From assembly GCF_009914755.1 (NCBI RefSeq), contig NC_060944.1: DNA of 64,000 nucleotides; one strand, 5' to 3'. Each line of letters opens with the position of its first letter. The first letter of the stretch is position 1. Under the pieces are notes generated by a model. The model made no database searches. It was not told the origin of the DNA and was given only the letters and a program-made list of their open reading frames with translations. The translations under genes and the position numbers were made by a program. This DNA comes from the human T2T-CHM13v2.0 reference genome, Homo sapiens. Of this stretch, positions 14,716 through 29,455 are shown one piece after another.

Positions 14716-15777
14716 TAAGCTATTTGCGGCATTCCAGCTTCAAAAAGATGGTGCTTGTATTAGATTTGTGGTAAGGAAGATGGAGAGAAATGAGTGGATT
14801 TGAGATCTTCTTCAGAGGTATATTTGACATTACTGGCTGATGGACTAGACATGTCAAGGAAAGAAAAGGAAGAACTAAACGTAATTTTTAAGATTTTTTA
14901 AATTTGAGCTACTTAGTGACTAGTGATCACAATGAATGTTATCACAGTTTCAGCTATCATAATTTCAGGAGGGGAAGCATGGAGGAAGAACGTGATGCTA
15001 GGGAAACATCATGAGTTCAGCTTGGACATGTTGAACTTGAGATGTTTGTGAAATATGCAAACGGTATTGTCAAGTAAGCAGTGGGTATGTGAGATGAACT
15101 CAGAGGAGACTCTTAGGTTGGAAATGGAAATTTGGAAGTTATCAGCATATCAGTACCAAAGCCATGGAAATGGAATAGGAAAGAAAAAGGAAAAGGGGCT
15201 TCGACCAAACACTGAGGAATTTTGACATTTAGAGGTCAATAGAGGAAGTAGAAGTGAAAAAAGGCTGAAAAGAGGTGGCCTGAAGAGCACAGGGAAACCT
15301 AGAGAGTGTGGTACCATGAAAACCACGGGAGGACATTGTTCATAAAGGAGGACAGAGTCACAATATTGAGTGCTACTGACATCTCCAGGAAGAACAGGGG
15401 TTTGTGACCTTGATTTAAGTGAGCCATTAGAGCTTTGAGCAGGAGCCAGGCTATAAAAGGTGAAGAGTGAAAATATTGAGACAGTGAACATGGACAATTC
15501 TTTGAAGATGTTTGTCTGCAAATATAGCAAAGTGATAAGGCAGCATTTTGAGGGAAGTTTGTGTATAAGTGCATGTTTGTTTAATGTGAGCTATTAATTC
15601 ATAACTATATCCTAAAAAAGGGAAAGGTTGATAATAACAGGGGAAGAAAAATATTTCAAATAGATCCAAGTATCTGAGAAGGTTAGAGGAGATGGATTCA
15701 GAATACTTGGAGGAAAGACTGGCTTTTCTCAGTTGAAACTAGAAAAAAGAAGGTGGAAGTACAAGTAGGCAATTTTT

Positions 15778-18700
15778 CTTTTTAATTTTTAATCTTGAAG
15801 TCAGTAGAGATTCATGTGTACCTTTCATACAATTTCCCCCAATGGTTATATCTTGTATCATTATAGTACAATAGCAAACACTAGAATTTGACAGTGGTAC
15901 AATTGTGCCTATTTCCATGGCATTAATCACGTGTTTAGATCTGTATAAGCATCACTGCAATCAAGGTATTCCATTATCACAGAGATCTATTTTATGCTTT
16001 TGTGCTGCTCCCTAATAACCATTCCCACTCCCTTCTTCTTCAACTTCCCTAACCCTCTGCAACCACTAATCTTTTCCCCAGGTCTATAATTTTGTCATTT
16101 AGAAAATATTATATAAATGAAATCATACAGTATATGACCTTTTCAGATGGGCTTTTTTTTTTTTCACTCAGCGTAACGCCCTTGAAATGTATCCGGGTTG
16201 TTGCACGTATCAGTAGTTCATTCCTTTTATTCTATGATATGGATGTATCATAGTTTATTCAGTCATTCACCTTGTGAAGAGCATCTATCTGATCTGATTC
16301 CAGTTTTTGGCTATTATGAATAAAGCTACTGTGAGCAAACATGGTTCTAAAGCTGCTATGAACAATCAGGTTTTGGTGTAGATGTAAGTTTTCATTTCTC
16401 TGAAATAAATGTTCACGTGTGCAATTGCTTGGTCATAAGGTAATATCATTTTTGGTTTTGTTAAGAAAACATCATACACTTTCCCACAATACCATTTTAC
16501 TATCACCAGCAATGTGTGAGACTCGGTTTCTCTGTATCCTTGTGAGCATTTGGTGTTGTAACTATTTATTTTAACTATGCCAAAAGTTGTGTAGCTTGTG
16601 TTCTTAATATCCATTTTCCTAATGCCTGATGATATTGAACATATTTCCTTGTGCTTTTTTGCCACTTCCTTCAATAAAAAATCTCCTCATTTTTTTTGTC
16701 ATGTTCTAATTGGATTGCTTATTTTTAACGAGTTTTAAGACTTCTTTATATAATCTAGATATGAATCTATTCTCAGATATGTGATTTGCAAATATTTTCT
16801 CTCTCAGTCTGTAGCTTGTCTTTTTTCATCTTAATAGGATCTTTTACAAATCTTTTTCATTTTTTTTTATTTTTGATGAGATCAAATTATCAATTTTTCA
16901 TTTATGGATTCTGCTTTTGGTGTCATGTCTAACAACTCTTTGCCAGGTTCTAGGTCTTGAAGGCTTTTTTCTATGTTTTTCCTAAAAATTTTATTAATTT
17001 ACATTTAAATCTATGATCCTGATCCATTTTGAGTTAATATCTATATAACATGTAAGGTTTAGGGGTCTTTTTGCCTATGGATATCCAATTACTCCAGCAC
17101 CATTGGTTGGAAAAAACAGGTTCTTCCTTCATTGAATTTTACCATCGTCAAAAATCAGTTTTTCATATCGAAGTGGGGCTGTTTTGGGGTTCTTTATTCT
17201 CTTCTATTGATCTATATGTCAATCTGTTTGCTAATACTATACATTTTCAGCCAGGAGCAGTGGCTCACACCTGTAGCCCCAGCATGTTGGGAGACCCAGG
17301 CAGGAGGATTGTGCAAACCCAGGAGTTTGAAACCAGCCTGGGCAACAAAGTGAGACCCTGTCTCTACAATCAATCAATCAATCGATACAATAGTATCATA
17401 CATTTTCACAATTATAGCTATGTAAGTCTTGAAATAAGGTACAGTGATTCCCCTCACTTTCTTCTTTTATAGAATAGTTTTAGTTATTCCAGTTCTTTTG
17501 CTTTTCCATTTACATTTCAGAATAATCTTACCTGTATCTACAAAAATACCATACTAGGTTTTTGTTGGAATTCTGTTAAACCTGTATATCAGTCTGGGGA
17601 GAACTGATATTTTTACTCCATTGAGTGTTTGAATACATGAACACTTTGTCTCTCCATTTATTTCTAATTTTTAAATTTCTTTCATTAGCATTTTGTAGTC
17701 TTCAGTATCAGAGTCCTGTCCATATTTTTTCTTAGATTTGCAACTAAGTATTTTATCTCTCTCTTTTAATGGTTTTTACATAGTATTGTATTTTAAATTT
17801 GTTTCAACGTGTTAATTGCTAATATATAGAAATACAATTGATTTTTGGATGTTGACCTTGTATCTTGTGACCTTGTTGAATTTATTTATCAGGTCTAGAA
17901 GTGATTTTGTAGATTTTATGGAATTTTCTATTTACATCATAATGTCATCTGCAAATAGGACAGTTTTATTTCTTCCTTTCCAACCTGTATTCCTTTTATT
18001 TCCTTTTCTTGTCAATTGCACTGGCTAGAAATTCCAGTAGGTTGAACAGCAGTGGTGAAAGTGGACATCCTTGCCTCATTCTTAATCCTATGTGGAAATC
18101 ATTTAGTCTTTCATCACTATATATGATGTTAGCCAGAGGTACTTTTTAAAAGATGTTAGATATTATTCATTGGGAACTGAGTATAGGATTCTTAGATGAT
18201 TATTATTTTCTCAAAGAATTTCAAAAATATTGTGCCACTTCCTTCTGGCTTCCATGGTTTCTGATGAGAAATACACTGTGATTTGAATTGTTTTACCCCT
18301 CTCTGGCTGCTTTCAAGATTTTCTTTGTCCTTAGTTTTCAGAAGTTTGGCCACGGTGTGTCTTGGAATTTGTTTCTTTGCTCTTTTTTTGTTGGTTTGTT
18401 TGAGGTTCATTCATATTCTTGAGTCTATAGGCTATTTTTTTCCACCATATTTAGAAAATCTTTTGCCATTTCATTTTTGATGCTTTTTAAGCCTCATCTT
18501 TTTTTTTTTTTCTCCTTTCCTTCTGGGACTCTGATGACAAGATCTTTTGTGATAGTCCCACATATACCTGAAACTGTTCACTTTTTTTTACACTCTGCTT
18601 TCTCTCTGATCTTTGAATTGGGTAATTTATATTGTTTTATTCTAGTTCACGGATTCTTTCCTCGGTCTTCTTCATTCCGTTGTTGAGCCCATCATTGAGT

Positions 18701-19655
18701 TATTTATGTCAATTATTTTGATTTTTAGTTCTAAAATTTCCATTTGATTCTTCTTTAGATCTTCTATTCTTTTGCTGACATTTCCTGTTCTTTCATTTAT
18801 TTCAAGCCTGGGTGAGACTGCTCATGGAAGCAAATTTATGCTGTCTGCTTTAAAATTCTTCTCATCTTAGGGCAGCATCTGATGATTGCCTTTTATCCAT
18901 TAGTTTGAGTTCTTCCTGGTTCTTGGTATAACCAGTGATTTGTTATTGAAACCTGGACAGTTTGGATTATAGGATTTTAGATCTTATTTAAATCTTGTGT
19001 TTTAGGAGGCCTGCTGGATGAAGGGGGAGAAGTGCCACCTTCACTCTGCCAGGTGGGGATAGGAGTCCAGGTTTTCCACTCTGCCTCCACTGACAGGGGA
19101 TGAGGGGCTCTTTGTTACTGCTATGTGGGGATAGAATTTTGGGATCTGAATCTGGCTTGCACTGACTTTGTGAATAGGGGGTATCATTATCCCAAGAGAG
19201 AAGGTGTGGAGTATCTATTCCTGCCGTGAAGCCTGGGCTCTCACTTGGCTTTTGCTATCAGAGGTGTGGATAGGACTGAAGTTTCTTTCTGTGGTATTTG
19301 GCTGAGTAGAGTGGTTATTATCTAAATGCTTCGTGTCTTGCTAGACTATTCCTTACTTCGTCTTTTGGCCAGAGTGCAGGCTTTCCTGTGGGCTTTTTTT
19401 TTTGTCTGTGTCCACTGGTGTTTTTAAGATGTCACTTCTCTATTATCCACTCTGGGATGTATGAAGTAAAAAGAAACACCAGGGAACTTACCACCTGTGT
19501 TCTTCAAGTCCTAATGTCCCTAGCTAGCCTGCCTTTCTCTCTCTCCTTTTCAGATATTCTTAATTTATTTAATATATAATGCCCAGGGTTTTTAGTTGAA
19601 CTTAGAGGAATAGGGAAAAGTATGTCTACTTCATCTTCCTGGAAACAGAAGTCTC
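15778..19655 (-). mobile_element. Ancient L1M (L1MC/MD-like), internally deleted
   Basis: 3'UTR and ORF2 3' remnants 15778-18150; ORF1 remnant (PRHTVAKLLKTKDKENL, track ORF 18192-18410); 5' end reads GACTTCTGTTTCCAGGAAGATG on the minus strand. Confidence 0.8.
17250..17385 (+). mobile_element. FLAM-C / Alu left monomer with (AATC)n tail
   Basis: Single monomer; TSD core ATACATTTTCA on both sides. Confidence 0.85.
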
Positions 19656-20171
19656 AGCAGATAGTTTTTATTTGTTCTTCAAATGTCCTTATAAATCTGC
19701 AGAGTAAAAGGTGATAAATGATTTCAATTTTCCAAAGGGAAAAATTGAGACACTTAAAGGTAATTTACCTGATCAAAGTTACCTAGAAATACAGTCTTAG
19801 CTTCAAGTAAAACCTCACAATTTTAAATAGCTATTATTTTGCTTTTCTTTTTTTCTCTCTCTGCTAAAAGGAAAAAAATTACTGATTGGTAGAGGGAAAG
19901 GAAGAAATGGTTACCCACAAAAAGACTAAAAGGACTATTTTTTTGGCTTGGAAGCAGTAACTGTTTAAAATTACTAAAGGAGGACTTTTCAGAAGTGATT
20001 ACATAATCTTCTCAGTTACTCCTTTATATCTTATCTTATAAATGAATGACTTTAATTATTTATACTATGTCCTGAAACTTAAGTGTCAAGGTGCACATTT
20101 CATAATCATTGTCACTCTCTTGATTAAAGACTCACACAAAAACAGGAAAAAGGATGAAACTGTTTCATTAC

Positions 20172-20580
20172 TATATTAGGCCATTCTTGTGTTGCTATAA
20201 ATACCTGAGGCTGGATAATTCATAAAGAAAAGAGGTTTAATTAGCTGATGGGTCTGCAAACAGTGCAAGAAATAAGGTGCCAGCATCTGCTACTGGTGAC
20301 AGCCTCAGGAAGGTTACAATCATGGTGGAAGGTGAAGGAGGAGCAGCCATCTCACATGGTGAGAGGGGAAGCAAGAGAGCAAGGGGGCAGTGCCACACTC
20401 TTTTAAGCAACCAGATCTCATGTGAACTCAGAGTGAGAACTCACTATTGCAAGGACAGCACCAAGTCTTTCATGAGGGATCTATGCCCATGACCCAAACA
20501 CCTCCCACCAGACTCCCTGCAACATTGTGGATTATTTTTTAACATGATATTTGCAGGGGACAAACATCCTAACTATACCA
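20172..20580 (-). mobile_element. MST (MSTB-like) MaLR solo LTR
   Basis: TATATTAGGCCATTCTTG...CCAAACACCTCCCACCAG...AACTATACCA; 5-bp TSD ATTAC at 20167-20171 and 20581-20585. Confidence 0.9.
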
Positions 20581-22744
20581 ATTACTTTGCAGGGCGTTCA
20601 TCTTTCATCAGAACCCCTTGGGTCCTAGGATTTCTGTAGGTTGCGTAGCATTTCAAGAAAGATTTTAGACTGCTCCCTTAAAACCCATTATCTGAAGTTC
20701 TTGAAATGTTTCCAGTATTGCAGAGGCAATGATAAGCTCAGGGAATTAACTTCCCTGAGCAAATTTTCCCAATTCTAATATATTTCCTAATAGAGCATTC
20801 ATAGGCCCTCTTTCCCTATTTTAGTTTTGATCATTTAGCACCACACTTTAAAATTTACTGAGTCTAAAATCCAAAGACTGGGGAAGATGGGAAAGACCTT
20901 TCAGGGACAAGTGAACTGGCCTACAGTTCGCTCCTATTATGGCCATTTTGATTCACCTAGCTCATATGAGTTTAGATGTGGCATATATTGCAGGAATAAG
21001 GGTGGCAAATGGCATGTTTTCTTCAAAAGAACATAGAAACCAGCAGAGGGTGGTTGGCAGAGCAGAGGGAGATAAAGGTGTCATCATTCCAATGGAAGGT
21101 TCTCTTTGCTTCCAGGGAGAGTCAAGAGTTATAACTTTCCTGGATTTACTGAGGGATGTGGGCTTCCATCCCAGCTACCTATGGCTCAGGAATCCAGTGA
21201 ATTGCTTCTGTCCTGTATTCTGTCCCCTGGTCTTCCCACACAGCTCAGCACAAGAAAAATGTTTCTTTGAAGGAAGCAGCCTCTAGGACCTATGACAATT
21301 TTCAAGATTTTTTTTTTTTCTTTTTTTTTTTTCTAAGTTGCATTCTCTCCGCTACAGAAGTGGCTCAGTTGATGCTTTGGAAGTTGTCTCAGCTGGTTCA
21401 AAAAGCTCCTATGTTACCTTCATTTTCAGGGACAGCAATGAGCCTGACTCTCCTGCATCTCCTTTGTCTGAGGCATAGACCACTGACTGCTTATGGAAAA
21501 GAACAGATAATGATATCCGTCTCCTGCTTCCACCCACCACTCAATGTAACTTTCTGCCATGAACATAACCAGCCACACATAAACTGTCTGCAGAAAAGGA
21601 AGTTCCATCCTATAAGCTTGGCAGGAGGGTATGTAAGGTCAACAAAGAAATCTCTGCTACTCGTTTGCAGTCATTTCCATGAGGCTAATTGTCACCTCCA
21701 GAAATCAGCCCAGAAGGAATAAATGCATTTTCCCCTGATAAAAGAAAGGACCTAAGGAAATGGGGATTGCAGATTAGCCCTTTCACAGGAACTGACTGGG
21801 CCTGTAACAGCCATCCGAGTCCTGCTAACCAGCAGATAAACTAGATAAGAGTTTACATTAGCTTTGGCTGCTGTGAGGATGCCTCTGCTCTCTTGGACTC
21901 CAGAACAGTTGGTTCATTAAAGTACCAGGGTCGGCAAGTGCCAGGGTCATAAGTCTGAGTATTTATGTTTTATAATCCTCCATTCGATGTTCTTTTTTGT
22001 ATGTGTCTAGAGATAACGGTTTCTCTCTAGATCCATCCTTCTAGGTAACTGTATGGCATTCAGGAAGGCATCTGTACAATTTCTCCTCTCTTCAGAAATC
22101 AAAACTACTGCTGACTGCAGCAAAGAGTAAGGAACACTTAGAGAGATGGAGCAATATTTCAAAAATACTTCTTAGAAAAGAATTGGAAGTCTTTGCAATT
22201 CTAAATCCTACGCTTTTATGTTTTCAAATGAATCAGATGATATTGTGTCAACAAAAGCATATCTTATTTCAACACTTATTTCTATATCTCAGTTGGAATT
22301 TCGATACTCTTTCTGTCATTTTCATTTTCTTCTCATGCCATGTAACCTTGTCCTGTTTGAGAAGGCATGCTAAAAAGTTTGCAAAGAATAATGCAGTTTA
22401 CTTCTATGTTCAAACATTCAGTACTCTTTCTATATAATACTTCTAATTGCAAAATTTTGTGCACCTAGAAAGAGGATCTCTCTATCTAAATATTGATGTC
22501 TTAATAAGTTCATTGTACTGATGTCTTACTAATAATCTCAAGGAGAGAATTTATTTGTAATGCTGCAATTTCAAAGTGCAGGTGTTGTATCTTTTATTCA
22601 TGTTTAGCTTTCAGAATCCACTGAGTGTTTTAAACGGTAATGAAAAGGCTCAAAGGTTGATAGCTGTGCTTGGAGAGGGATAGTGAATTAGAAAGATCTG
22701 CTACCTGACTATGCATTCATTTTCCAATTTTTTGGAATATATTT

Positions 22745-22857
22745 TTCAAAATTCAAAAAATATTTATAGGATGCCTATTATGTAGTGAGTGGTATTATAG
22801 GCCATGGGAATTCAGTAGTAAATAAAAATAAAGTCATCATTTGCATGAAGCTTACAG
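22745..22857 (-). mobile_element. L2 3' end fragment
   Basis: ATTCAAAAAATATTTATAGGATGCCTATTATG...CATGAAGCTTACAG. Confidence 0.6.
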
Positions 22858-22894
22858 GGCTTCCATATCTATTCCAGATCCCCCCTGTTCTCTT

Positions 22895-23042
22895 GTACTC
22901 AAAGTGCAGAGCATCCACGTTGCCTGGGATGTTATAATAGAATTACATGATTTCAGATTCCTCTCCAAATCTCCTGAACAAGAATCTACAATCTACTAAG
23001 ATTCCTAGAGGATTCACGTGAATATAAAATTCTGAGAAGTTT
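22895..23042 (+). mobile_element. MER5B/MER5A1-like MITE
   Basis: TACTCAAAGTG...CCTGGGATGTT...GAATCT...AAATTCTGAGAAG. Confidence 0.5.
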
Positions 23043-23990
23043 GCCAAATGTCAGTTTAAGAACCTAGGCTGTAGCCAATCATATATGGTATTCCTTTGAC
23101 CACAGAAATTGGCTCAAAAGGGTATGTTGCCAAGGTGATTCTAGTTAAGGAAGATTTTTTTTTTCTCTAAAGAAAGACCCAGAGGATGAAATAATCCCTT
23201 TATTCCTCTGTCTGGTGTGCTGCCCAGGGATGATTCCTTAAACTGCTGCAGTCTGATGATAAAGGTGAGGATGGACAGAGGCAAGGGAGACACGGGAACA
23301 CAAAGCAGAAGCCTGATTGAACTGTACTTGATTCCCACTCTCTCTCTGGACCTTGTCAGTTACAGAGGCCAATACATCCCTAATCACCCCAACTGATGCA
23401 CTTGCATAGGCTGCTTCCTAGATACTTGGTGGAAAGGCCCATATGTCAAAATACAACACACACCAAAGTGGGTACATGTGATCAGATCAGGCAACCTGTC
23501 AGCCTACGGACCATCCTTACCACCGCCTGCAAATGAGGATAAATGAGGTGCAGTTTTGGAAAATCTCTGGGCTTGGGACCAATTTGGGCAGCAAGGTGGA
23601 GGAGTGAAACAGCATATTTTGCTGATAGAGAAGAGATAGTGGTGAGTCATACAGATACACAGATGCTTGGAGTTGTTGTGAAAGAGAGAAGGGATAAGCC
23701 CTTGGATGACTGAAATGGGATTTATGCAAGGTGGCCTTAGGCAGAATCAGTACTCCCTGCCTGCCTCTTGCCACCCTCACTTACTCTCACTTTGTTTCTT
23801 CCAACACCCCAAGCAAGTCAGTAGTTCTCTGCGGCCTTCTGTTCAGTGCCCACTCCTTTCTCATCTTTTCTCCTTCCCTATCTTTTCTCCTTCCCCTCCC
23901 ACCTCATCCCACTGCACTTTCCCATCAGTCTCACGTGATGGGGTTTGTGAGGAAATAATGGGTACTAATATTTGCTTCAAGAAGGAGTTT

Positions 23991-24100
23991 TCTCCTCCTC
24001 CTCCTCCTTTTCCTACTCCTCCTCCTCTTCCTTCTCCTCCTCCTCTCCTCCTACTCTTCTTCTTCTCCGTTCTCCTTCTCCTTCTCCTCCTTCTTCTTCT

Positions 24101-24112
<12 letters not shown>
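23991..24112. repeat. (CCT/CTT)n pyrimidine-rich tract ending in poly-T (Alu tail)
   Basis: Seen directly; lies between the left TSD and the Alu body. Confidence 0.9.
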
Positions 24113-24398
<286 letters not shown>

Positions 24399-24529
24399 AA
24401 GAAGGAGTTTCTTATGTGACTTATCCTAGCACTGACCTAATAAAGGGGAAAGAGATCTGGTGTGGACTCCCATCTTCCATGCAACAGCTGCCTCCACTGC
24501 CATCACACAGGACCATCCCGGAGATATAA

Positions 24530-25055
<526 letters not shown>

Positions 25056-26732
25056 TAAATGGACAAATGCCATATTATACTACTCATTTGTAGAACTTAG
25101 GGCGTGGTTATCTAGTTGTAATTTATATTCTCAAGCAGACAATTTGTTGAAAGTTTTGACTATAAGAGCCTGTCAAAGGGCTATGGGTGCCTGGGTCTGA
25201 TGACACATTGACATTCTCTGACTGTTTGCTGAGCCAAGTTCATGTTCACCTGTGGCTTTTACCAAGATGGTGCTCTGAGTGTTTTAGTGCAGCAGTCTCA
25301 CTTATACTTTTACTGTTACTGTGATGCTTTTAAACATCACTTAGCTATGTTTTGCTATTTTAAGTACAATTATTCATCCTATAAAGACCCTTGTAAAGAA
25401 TTTAATTCCAGCTGCTTTTGCTGATAGCTGAGGAATACAACCCTCAGCTAGATAAACCAATATACTGGGATTTGTGGTTCATGAGCATCAGTGGCAGGAC
25501 CAGAACAAGAACCCAGGTATCTTAATTCCTAGGTTTTCCAAACTCCAGGTTAACTGTTGATTTTTATTTTATTTTGTAATAAAGTGATATTTTGTAGATT
25601 TATTCCCCTCAAGAGACCCTTTGCTGGAGTTTCAAATATATGCAATTTTATTTTAGAGGCAAATTCTTCCAGATAGAAGGAGTGAGGAACAGGGTAAATC
25701 CTGTCAACAAAAATGATTAAAATTGTGGAAAACAATCATTTCAGAATTCTTAAATCCACCAAAGGTATAAAATACATATAGAAGCATTTGTTCAAAAAAT
25801 CCTGCCAAACCTTGGTTAAGAACTATGAAAATCTAAGGCCTTTTAGCCTGGGATGCTCCTGTTCAACCCATCCGCATGACCATTTCTTCAGGTAGTGAAG
25901 AAGTTCTACTAGGGCATGGCAAGTTGAGAAAACCAGTAACTGCACTGCTGGAAGAGGATGGCTTGATTTGAAACAGAGTGCATAGGAAAAGCCTCATCCA
26001 TAAATGTTGTGGAAAAGAATATGATCTCATGGCAAACAAATAAGAAAGGCTATCATGACAACTAGCTTGAAGCTGTAATTCTGATAAGGCATAATAATAA
26101 TAATAATAACAGAGAGAGACAGGGAATGATATGGCTGTAGTGCTCTTTGATAAGCTCCAAGATATCTCTAGGCTTCTGAAAAGGTAAGTGTCTGTGCAAA
26201 GCTATGCACTCAGGAGAGACTGGAAAAGTCACCAGCTATATACTCATTCTGGCTGATTATAAGGCTTTGCACACCCAGAAAGTAAAAGCCAGGAACTAAA
26301 TGCATTTCCAAATCCACACACAGTTCTACTACCAAATGGTGGAGGCATTACTGGCTCAAGGTGTTGAGTACAACCTCTGACCAATAACTGACTGATGACT
26401 AGAGTATGCTAACACAAGGAAAATCTCTAGGAAGCCAGACTCAACGAGTAAGAGCAAGAACAACAACAAAAATCTAAGCAAAGACATTAGAGGCTATGTA
26501 CCATGGGGGAGGCAGACTCCACAGAATTAGTTCAGGTAAATTATTAAACAAACCAAGAGAAGCAACAAAAATAACCCCCCTCAGGGGGAGAGAATAGAAA
26601 TCCTGAATTGCTACAATATATTATCTAAAATGTACAGTTTTCAACAAAACCATTGCAAGACATACAAAGAAAAAATGTAACCTATGTTTAAAAAAATAAG
26701 TCACTACCTACCATTTTTGAGGAATCCAGTTA

Positions 26733-27140
<408 letters not shown>

Positions 27141-28187
27141 GACAGAAAAGAAAAGAAATTGTATAAAATAACTAAGTGGAAATTCTTCAGTTGAAAAGTA
27201 GAATAACTGAAGTGAAAATTTATTATAGGAGCTGAACAGTAGATTTGGGGTCACGGAAGAAAAATCGATAAACTTGAAGATAGATAAATAGAAATTGTTC
27301 AAATTAAAGAACAGAAAGAAAAAATAAAGACAAATGAGAAAAGCCTCAGAAACTATCTCCAGGATAGTCTGTCAATCATATGGAGTACTATCAATCATGC
27401 CAACTATCAATCATACCAACGTGAGATACTCTCAGTAATACTAACATATGCATGTTGGGAGTCTCAGAAAAAGAGAAAGAGATAAAAGGTCAGAAAAAAT
27501 ATGAGGAAATATTGTCTAAATATTTCCATATTTGATGAAAATCTAACCTACAGATCCAGTAAACTTAATGACTCCAAGTAGGATAGACACAAATAGAACC
27601 ACACCTAGACACATCATAGTCAAACTGTTGAAAAACAAAGTTAAAAAAAATCTTGAAAAAACAAGAGAAAAGTGACTCATCATATACAGGGAAACAACAA
27701 CATGATTGACAGCTGACTTCTCATTCAAAACAAAGGAGACCAGAGGCACTGGGATGACATACTGAAAAATGCTGTAAGAATATGCCTGTCAACTAAGAAT
27801 TCTGCATCCATTAACACTATCTGTCATAATTAAAGGTGAAATAAAGACATTCCCAGGTAAATGAAAGATGTGTGAATTTGTTGCTAGCAGACGTGTTTTA
27901 CAAGAAATACTTAAGGAAGGCCTTCAGGCTGAAAGTAAATTATTCTAAAATGGTAATCCACATGAAGAAATAAAAGCATGGCAAAAGATAAATATACCAA
28001 TAAATGTGTAAGACTTTAAGTATATATACACATTTCTGCTTTTTTCTCTTAACTGGCTTAAAATATATAAGATTGCATAAAACAATACCTATGAAACTGC
28101 ATTTCTGGGCTTTTAAACTATAAAGTTGTAATATATATAAATAATAGTGCAACATTTTAATTTCTTATTTTTTCATATATATATGAG

Positions 28188-28226
28188 GTGTGCATGTATA
28201 TATATGTGTGGTTATGTGTGTGTGCA

Positions 28227-28290
<64 letters not shown>
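28188..28290. repeat. (TG)n/(TA)n compound microsatellite
   Basis: Seen directly; pure (TA)n ~28243-28290. Confidence 0.95.
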
Positions 28291-28295
<5 letters not shown>

Positions 28296-29185
28296 GTTGA
28301 TTTAAGACTTTCAAGACAGACCTTAGTTCATTATAACCTACTTCAGATTAATACTAATTTATTTCTTGGAAAATATAGAAACATATTCCAATACAACTCT
28401 ATTTTTTCCTCCCACCTTTTTGCTATTCTCTCCAAATTGATCTATAGGTTCAACACAATCCCTATTAGAATCCCAGCAGACTTTTTTTTTTAAAAATGAC
28501 AAGCTAAATTATATATGAAAATGCAAAGGACCCAAAATAGCCAGAACAACTTTGGGGGAAAAAGGTTGAGAGATATATATTTTTCAATTATAAACTTACG
28601 GTAACTGCAGTAATCAGGACAGCATGGCAGTGTAATAAGGGTAGACATAGATTAAAGGAGTGGCATTGAAAGTAAAAAAATTAAGTCTCATATTTATGGT
28701 AAGTTTATTTTTAACAAAGTTACTCTAATAATTCAATGGGGGAAAGGATTGTGTTTTCAACAAATGGTACTGGGAGAATTGTCTATCCATTTGCAAAAAG
28801 AATAATTCAGACTCCTACCTCATATCATGCATAAAATTAACTTAAAGTTTATCATCTGCCTAAAAGAAAAATACAAAACTCTAAAACTTCTGGGAGAAGA
28901 AACATAGTAGGAACTCTTTATGGCATTGTGATAAGCAAAGAGTTCTTAGATATGGCGCTAAAAGTAAGATCCATAAAACAAAAATTTTGTGCAGTGGGCT
29001 TCATTTAAATTAAAACCTTTAGTACTTCAAAAAAAAACACCATTAAGAAATGAAAAGATAAACCACAAGCTGGGTAAAAATATTTGCAATTCATATATCT
29101 GATAGGGGACTAACATCCATAATATCAAAAAAACTTTTACAAGTCAATATCAAGAAAAGCAACAACCTAATTAAATAATGAACAA

Positions 29186-29455
29186 GCCAAGACGGGCGGA
29201 TCACCTGAGGTCAGGAATTTGAGACCAGCCTGCCCAACATGGCAAAACCCCGTCTCTACTAAAAATAAAAATAAAAAAATAAAAATAAAATTAGCTGGGC
29301 GTGGTGGTGGGTGCCTGTAATCCCAGCTACTCAGGAGTCTGAGGCAGGAGAATCACTTGAAGTCGGGAGGCGGAGGTTGCAGTGAGCCTAGATCACGCCA
29401 CTGCATTCCAGCCTGGGCGACAAGAGTGAAACTCCGTCTCAAAAAAGAAAGAAAT
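29186..29455 (+). mobile_element. 5'-truncated AluS
   Basis: Starts at GCCAAGACGGGCGGATCACCTGAGG; degenerate TSD AATAATGAACAA / AATAATTAACAA. Confidence 0.9.

Noticed and set aside
21267-21722. 151-aa ORF
   Set aside because: Non-ATG start, poly-Phe from a T-run, no recognisable domain; this length is reachable by chance in 64 kb.
25426-25450. 9-bp inverted repeat TAGCTGAGG...CCTCAGCTA
   Set aside because: Short, inside a MIR remnant, and expected by chance.
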